From an uncultured Hormoscilla sp. (GTDB taxonomy: Bacteria > Cyanobacteriota > Cyanobacteriia > Cyanobacteriales > Desertifilaceae), in the NCBI GenBank assembly GCA_963921275.4, contig OZ001293.3, positions 3,616,001 to 3,680,000 on the forward strand: a stretch of 64,000 nucleotides of DNA, read 5' to 3'. Made by a program: the position numbers and the translations under genes. Numbering within the stretch: the first letter of the stretch is position 1; every line of letters starts with the position of its first letter. The notes beneath the pieces are model-generated. The model did no database searches, was not told the origin of the DNA, and saw only the letters and a list, made by a program, of their open reading frames with translations. This document shows, piece by piece, positions 57,220-64,000 of this stretch.

Positions 57220-57757
57220 CGTAGTTAGTGTTAGTCTTTGTTGTTGGCTAACATCGTACTCAAAGAACTACCGGGGTAGAGTAGGGACCTAAAGGCATCG
57301 CGCTCCGGATACCAGGGAACGAAGTAACCCCTCGTGAGCTGTCCAACTGGACCAGTCAGGTGTGAAGCGTAAGCCACGAGTGGGAGCCCAAGCCTGCCCC
57401 CAAGAAGCAAATGCCTGGGGTAATGCTTAGGATACGCAGACGTGCGGTGAGGGTGGGTGATAATAGGAAGTCTCAGGTGAAAGTAACTCTAGATATGTTA
57501 TGAGCCCGTCACTTCGGTGATAGAGGAATAGATTACTGGTAAAACGGACAGGATAATGGGTGATACTAAAGGTTTTCCGGCAGCGCCACTCACCAACCAG
57601 GAAAGGAGCCAAATTGCATGAGATAAGGGACAACGGGAGTAATCCAAAAGTTACCTACCAATGACTTGGGCCTACTACCCAGTAGCCGGATGCGGTGAAA
57701 GTCGCTCTTTAGGTTTCGAACGGGAGGGTTCCGAAGCGATTCCCAGGGAGACCCTTA
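57220..57757 (+). mobile_element. 5'-truncated, degenerate ORF-less group II intron
   Basis: CCGGGGTAGAG..CAGGGAACGAAGTAACC..AAGAAGCAAATGCCTGGGG..CCCAGTAGCCGGATGCGGTGAAAGTCGC. Confidence 0.82.
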
Positions 57758-57967
57758 ATTGAGCCCTCAAAAGCTTACTAGATAAGGCTTTGAGGCCAAT
57801 AGGTTCGGACAAGATACAGTCGCATCAGTACCATCCTTTCATTTTCATGAAGCTCAAACCCTTATAACTACGTTGTCTGTCTGCCCAAAACAGCATGTAT
57901 CTTGTTGAAGCTTAGGGGCTGAAATTCTTACGCTCGTATGGATTTCAGCAGGCATGTCGCCCCCCCA

Positions 57968-58595
57968 GCACCGGGACCTCAAACCTTCTAATTTAATGCG
58001 ACGGGCTGAAGATGGTAAAATAGTCATCATCGACTTTGGTGCCGTCAAGGAAATCAGCAGCACCCAACTGCAAAATCATCAAAAGCGAACAGTGATGATT
58101 GGTAGTCCCGGATACATGCCCGCAGAGCAATTGAACGGAGATCCGAAATTATGTAGTGATGTTTATGCCGTGGGCATGCTGGGGATCCAAGCTTTAACAG
58201 GAATAGCACCAGATCGCCTGCCCAAAAATCCCCAAGGAGAAGTAGAATGGCTTGATAGCATCAAGGTAAGTCCTGGTTTCGCTCGAGTTTTGGCCTCTAT
58301 GGTGCAGGAAAACTATCGGGTGCGCCTTTCCGACGCCTCCCAAGCATTATCAGCACTGCAGGCGCTCGCACCAGCATCGACAGTAATTTCGGGGAAGACC
58401 CGATCGCCAATAGCATATAAACTAATAATTTTGGTACTGGGATTAATAGGGGCGATCGGGCTAACAATTTACCTCTCATACAACCAACCCGAAGTAGCAC
58501 CAACCCCCGAGGAACAAACCTGCAAAAATCCCCCAGTGGTAAAATGCTGGAAAATTGCGAAGGGAAAATGGAAAATTGCGAATGGAGATGAATAA
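57968..58595 (+). pseudogene. C-terminal half of a Ser/Thr protein kinase with TM segment
   Basis: Begins abruptly at HRDLKPSN; IDFGAVK, GSPGYMPAEQ, SDVYAVG; N-lobe absent. Confidence 0.82.
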
Positions 58596-58700
58596 GTAAT
58601 CCTCCATTCACAATTAACAATTGACAATTGTCAATTAGGTTTATTTAGCCAAAGCCCGCTCGACCAAAGCAGACAAAGGAATAAACTGAGGAATGGTAGG

Positions 58701-59219
58701 TCATTCTGCGATCGGGGAGGGAGGGTTAGCAGGGTCAATCTTGGTGATTTTGCCCAGGACCGAACTAGGATTTTGAGCATTGCGCGAATTTAAGGTCACC
58801 AGCATATTATCTTCAGTACAGCCCCGTTGCCCCGACTTGAGCACGCAGACAACAGTATATTCCCTGACCTTTCCAGTAGTCAAATCCAAGTCACCCAAGT
58901 TACCCCCATTATCAGAGACAGCCTTACTTAACTTAGAAGAAACAGTTTGGCAGCGTTGGTTGGGGGTCCAGCTAGGACCAAACTCGGTCGTATACCAGTT
59001 AATCACCGGCGCTTGACCGGCACTAGCTTCGACAACGGTTGTCCAAGTACCCCCTTGCTGTACGCACTTGAAAGTAATGGTGCCTCCTGAGGTATCCGTG
59101 GGCACGCTAGTAGTTGGTGTCTCTCCTCCACCATCATTATTATTACAGGCGGCAATTCCAAACAGCATCAAGGTAGCGGCTAAACGTTGAGCAAATTTGC
59201 GTCCAGAAAAAGTAGTCAT
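58701..59219 (-). CDS. COP23 domain-containing lipoprotein
   Basis: Lipobox-like IAAC; TFKC..INW....FGPSWTPNQRCQTVS..VVC. Confidence 0.78.
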   Translation of the reverse strand: MTTFSGRKFAQRLAATLMLFGIAACNNNDGGGETPTTSVPTDTSGGTITFKCVQQGGTWTTVVEASAGQAPVINWYTTEFGPSWTPNQRCQTVSSKLSKAVSDNGGNLGDLDLTTGKVREYTVVCVLKSGQRGCTEDNMLVTLNSRNAQNPSSVLGKITKIDPANPPSPIAE

Positions 59220-59922
59220 CGTTTCTCTCCCAAAATTTGACTAGAGTTTTATTCTATTATCATCCCCAGATCCCCGATCGCCAGCAAGCCTAGCTAAAAA
59301 ATAATAGAGGAACTCCCCCTGGGACAGGGGGCAAAAAAGCTGAAAACGTTATCCTCTGGTACTTAGGCGTCGATCTGGCGGGCCAGATTCGTCAGCATCC
59401 ACCTCAGGTACGCTACAATCGCTAAACAGCTAGCTAGCTTCGGGACTCCAGATCGAGTGCCTGGTTCCGTAAGTTGCTGACCCCGGCGTCGCCCTCAGAA
59501 ATAGGTGATTTCTGGGAGGTTCCTGCTCAAAGAAAGCAATATCACCGAACCCTGGCTTAAAATTTTTAACCGATATTGCCTCACTGCTAACCAACCAGTC
59601 TACCCCTGGGCGGAAGGATCGGCTAGCATGACTGACGCTGCCCGAACTGTTAGACAGTACCGGTAGTTTCAGGCGGGCATTGCCCACCCTACAACCGGTA
59701 GCGTCAGGTAGCACGATCGCAGATGTAGATGCCTAGCCCACGACGGCCCCCAGTTGCGGATACCTTGAGAATGTATGTTTATCGCACCTCTAAATTTAAT
59801 CAGAAGGCACAGCAGCATAAGATTCAGGCTCAATTAGATAAATTGCCAAACTGTCCCATCAAGACCTGGATCAAGTTCAGGCCCACTTTCAGCGGCTTTT
59901 TCCCTACCTGAAGCGGAAACTA

Positions 59923-60785
59923 AGGCGTGTCATCAGTTAAGCCAGATGACACAAGCCACCAGATAAATCGCCCCTAAAAAATTGCGAGCGGTTTGATCGT
60001 AACGGGTGGCAATAGCAAGATACAGCATAAGATTGGCAAAAAAGTTTTTGGCGCAGATGGCGAGCTTTGTAGAGATGCCGATCGTAGGAGTGAGGTTCTT
60101 TCCGGTTCCCCTGAGAGGGAATAACCGCTATGGAACAAAGAGGGTGAAGTTTCTGACGGACTCGTTCATCAGCATCATCAGCCTTAGAAGCCAACATGGC
60201 GGAAGCTTCAAGCTCGATGGCGCAGGACATCTGCGCTATCGAGCTCGTGGGCTTGTCGGACTGTCAAAAAGAAGCCCTCCGGATTAAAAAGAGCGTCATA
60301 AGTGGTATGAATCAAAGTACTTAATCGGAGGAGACTTCTACCAATGGCTTGGTCGTTATTGTGTTCAGACTCCTGGCGACAGAGGATTCTTTTTTTTGGC
60401 GCACCGGCACTGTGTTGATAGGCTCTGACTATTGTGGCATCAATCATTCCATACTCGTTATCTGCATCTTCCGCCAACACAAAGAAGATCTTTTCCCACA
60501 CTCTGTTTTTGTTCCCTCGGCTAAACCTCGTATGTACATCTCGTTAGTCTCCAAATCTCTCGGGTAAGTCTGGACACGGGATTCTCGCTTTGTACCGATA
60601 CAGCACTGCTTCCACAAATAGTCGATTATTTTTTGCTGTTCGGACTACATGGCCTTCTCTTCCCGGTAGGAAATCCTTGATTTTTTCCCACTGGTCATTC
60701 AAGGGTGCATATCTATTTTTCTGTCTCTTTCCTTTTCTTCAGTTCATCTATTCTATCCTCTCTTCTTCTAACTGATGACACGCCC
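59923..60785 (-). mobile_element. Degenerate IS5-family insertion sequence
   Basis: Ends AGGCGTGTCATCAGTTA / TAACTGATGACACGCCC, TA duplication; fragmented transposase. Confidence 0.88.
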
Positions 60786-62778
60786 TAGACAATAATTACC
60801 GAATATTGAGACGCATTCTCATAATCGATGGGGTTTTAGTGCTGTGCCTGCTAGATATCTTTAAGCGGGGAGGCAAAGAGTACCAACATTTCATCTCCGA
60901 TCCGACGGGGTTCGGCCAACAGTATCTCGACCCTCAGTCTCTGAAGGCTTCACTGCGCAGTTGGCTGACCGAACGACTGGCGGCAGCAGGGCCACTTCTT
61001 GAAGTTCGCCCCCTACTGCAAGCACAAGCAGATTTACTGCCCTGGCTAGACCCCCCAGGCTGGGAAAATCATACCGATGGGGTGGTCATCTATGAAAGTC
61101 AAGAGTGGCAAATCCAGTTCTTGTCAAGAAATCCAACAGGAAGTCCAAATCTATACTCGCATCCTCGATCGCATTGCCCACGCCCCCAGCTCTGCCGAAG
61201 AAGCCACAGCCTGGTCAGGGGTGCAGCTGTACGGCGAAGATAACCGCTACGTCCTCTTTAGCCGCATGCAGGCTGCCGATCGCGATCGGCAAGTAATATT
61301 TTTACTGGCTCCCTTTACTGAGAAACCATCAGCATCCTCTGTCTCTCGGGTAGTGCGAGAAGCGCTTTCGGGAGACACAGCAGAAATCGCCCAAGTCGCG
61401 GAAACAACCAATTTGGGAGAGATAGACGACCTCACCTCCCTGGCCCAGGCAAAGCCGTGTGCCTATCCCAGCTACTTACTAGCCAAAGAAAATTGGCTAT
61501 TGGCCGCCGGGTCAAAGCAGGTAAATCTGGCCCTCTCAGCCGAAGAAGAGGAAATTCTTTACCCAGAGACGACAGCAGTTGCTGGCAATGGGCATAAGTT
61601 ACTACCCTTATTTCTGAACGGGCGGGCAGGTAGCGGCAAGTCTACCATGCTCTTCTATTTGTTTGCCGACTACTGCTACCGCAAAACAGAATCAGGTCAA
61701 AAGCTCCAGAGTAACCCTTTATTTTTAACCTACAATGATCGCCTGCTATAAGTAGCGAAAGATTGGGTGCAGCAACTGCTGGCCAAGCATCACCGGTTTG
61801 TCGCCGAGAGGCAAGAAGGGCAGAAAATTCCCGACATCAGTAGTTATTTCCAGCCCTTTCAGAAATTTCTCTTGCACCAACTGCCCAAAGAAGTGGGAGG
61901 GCAATACAATTTAGACAAATACATTTCATTTCATCGCTTCAAGCAACATTACCAGAGCTGTCGGCTGCGGCAAGCCCAGAAATATTCTCCCGAACATGCT
62001 TGGCACGCGATCAGAACCTTTATCAAAGGGTATGGGCGATCTCCGATGACCCCAGAAGAATAGCGAGAGGAGGTGCCGCGCAAGGAACAGACAGTGGGGT
62101 ATGACCAATTTCAGGAAATCTACGAAATCTACAATCAATGGTATAAAATCCCGATCGCAAAGTCAGGTTATTGGGACGATCAAGACCTGATCTTTAAGGT
62201 GCTAGAGTTAGAATGCTATAGTCCGGAATACACGGCGATATTTTGCGACGAGGCGCAAGATTTCACCAGGCTAGAATTGCAACTGATCGTGCGGCTGTCG
62301 GTGTTCTCACAGTACAACCTCGGATACCAACCAATTCAGTGTTTACCCTTCGCCTTTGCTGGGGATCCGTTCCAGACATTGAACCCCACAGGCTTTAGTT
62401 GGGAAAGCTTTAAGGCGGCATTTCACAATGAAGTAATTACCGCCCTCGACCCGGCAGGAGAATGGCATCTGGAGATGAATTTTCAAGAGTTGAAGTCCAA
62501 TTATCGCTCTTGCTCGCCAATCGTGCAATTCAACAATCCGATCCAGCTATGGCGGCATCTGCTGTTTAACCAGCGGGAACTGAAGCCGCAAACAGCATGG
62601 AAGCAGGGAGAATTAGCGCCGCAAAAGTTAATCGTGGGGGAGAATATCTCCCCAGAAGAACTGCTGGGCTATGTCCGAGATACGATCATAATTATCCCGT
62701 GCGAAGAAGGAGAGGAAATAGCTTATATCAAGCAAGATGAAGTGCTCGACAAAATAGTAGAATCTCAGTCACACCCTT

Positions 62779-62911
62779 CGATGTCTCTGGGTGAGGTGTC
62801 TCCTGGTCGCTTGATGTCCCCGGGGAGCGCTATTCGCACAAAAGCGGGGACATCGTAGTCGCACTACCCAGGAGACACCTCACAGCACGAGCACTACCCC
62901 AGAGACATCGC
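62779..62911. repeat. Nested palindromic repeat insert within the helicase pseudogene
   Basis: CGATGTCTCTGGG / CCCAGAGACATCG outer arms enclosing GAGGTGTCTCCTGG / CCAGGAGACACCTC. Confidence 0.75.
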
Positions 62912-63529
62912 CGAAAAATGTGTTGAGCCCGATCGCGGCGAAGGGGTTAGAGTTCAAAAGGGTGATCCTGTATAAGTTTGGAGAAGCCTGCGATGGGGGA
63001 GTATGGAAATACCTGAACATGTCTCATCAGGAGAGGAACGGTTTGGGACCGACCCTGGAAGTAGAATATTTTTTCAACAAGCTGTATGTGGCGGCGTCGA
63101 GAGCAATAGAGCGTCTATTTGTGGTAGATTCGGCGACAGGAGACGCGCAGTTGTGGATATATGCGAGTAATACAAATGATTACGAGAAATTAATCGCCGA
63201 CAGAAAGGAATGGAACTCACAGGTGCGTCCCCTGACGATCGGGACAGCGGAAAGCGCCCAGGAGTTACAGGAAGATGACCCAGAATCGATCGCCAAAGAG
63301 TTCGAAGAGGAAGGATTGAATTGCCGGGTCGGCCAACCCGATCAGACGTGCCAAAGGTTACTACAGGCGCCTTAACAATAGTAGAAAGGCAGAGATATGT
63401 GAAGCCTGGGCCCTGAAATTTGAAGAGGAGTGGCACGCCGCGGGCCATAGCTTCGGGAAACTGGGTGAGATAGATGAAGCGTTCGATTGCTTCTGGCAGG
63501 GGTTATGCTGGTCAGAGTTAGTAGCATGG

Positions 63530-63623
63530 TAAGTGGTTGTGCAAAATTATTTTTATATCGAATCCGCTCTTTACGCTTGCTCTGTGAGGATCTCATATAA
63601 AAATAATTTTGTCTATGTACTTA
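63530..63623. mobile_element. ~94-bp MITE
   Basis: TAAGT..CAAAATTATTTTTATAT / ATATAAAAATAATTTTG..ACTTA inverted arms; TA at both ends. Confidence 0.75.
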
Positions 63624-63720
63624 CGAGCAACATGGCGATCGCAAGCAGGAGGTGCGTCCCCTAGTAGAGTTCATGGCAGGGGAGCAGAAGCAGTGGCAGC
63701 ATATCGAGACTTTTACCCAA

Positions 63721-64000
63721 TAGATCCTTGACAAAAAATTATATATCAGTTATACTATAGTTAGTCAATTTTACAGGGGATGAAGCCATGTTAACAGAAA
63801 AAGTGAAAGCCACAATAAAAGATGCAGCCAAAAAACTGACCGGAGTGAAAAAAAGGGCATTTATGGCGCAAGTGACTTGATATTATTTTGATGGGTCTGC
63901 CATAAGGCAGAAACCTATCTAGGATGGCAAAGATTAACGGTAAAAAAGGGACAAAAAGAACGAGAAACTGGAATAAATTATCTAGAAAATTATCAAGGTA
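63721..64000 (+). mobile_element. Start of a degenerate ISAzo13-like transposase (runs off the window)
   Basis: MLTEKVKATIKDAAKKLTGVKKRAFMAQVT* from 63788, then KAETYLGW..TVKKG in a shifted frame. Confidence 0.65.

Larger units (their letters stand above)
59771..63720 (+). pseudogene. Large superfamily-1 (UvrD-like) helicase/P-loop protein, multiply disrupted
   Basis: GRAGSGKST, FCDEAQDF, FAGDPFQT, NYRS, KGLEFKRVILY, NKLYVAASRA; broken by an IS5, frameshifts, TAA 61749, TAG 62061, a repeat insert and a MITE. Confidence 0.8.

Noticed and set aside
59340..59760. Possible ncRNA or short ORFs upstream of the helicase pseudogene
   Set aside because: No recognisable motif, repeat or coding signal

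Overview
Chromosomal window from a cyanobacterium: the HIP1 octamer GCGATCGC is very frequent, and ndhS, cyanobacterial-type gyrA/gap/murC and heptamer tandem repeats are present. An intact housekeeping backbone (rodA, ndhS, gyrA, lnt, clpS, amidase, pyrG, hslO, thiL, gap2, murC, murB, ebfC) is interspersed with heavily decayed accessory genes and many mobile elements, as expected in a genome undergoing erosion (a host-associated filamentous lineage is plausible, but this is inference). Main points: (1) a DUF3578(McrB-N)+HNH restriction gene at ~33.5-40.5 kb can be rebuilt in frame after removing an IS5, an IS982 and a group II intron that itself carries two nested ORF-less introns, one sense and one antisense; (2) a family of at least six ORF-less group II intron copies or fragments, mostly antisense to the genes they hit; (3) a decaying azole-RiPP locus (PatD-like YcaO cyclodehydratase, intact amidohydrolase, ThcOx/SagB oxidase) fused by a deletion to a truncated porin; (4) local tandem duplications creating chimeric thiL and ebfC copies; (5) small palindromic repeats that insert into genes, including lnt, and into each other. 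No rRNA, tRNA or CRISPR array was seen. All product calls are from motif recognition by eye, without database searches.
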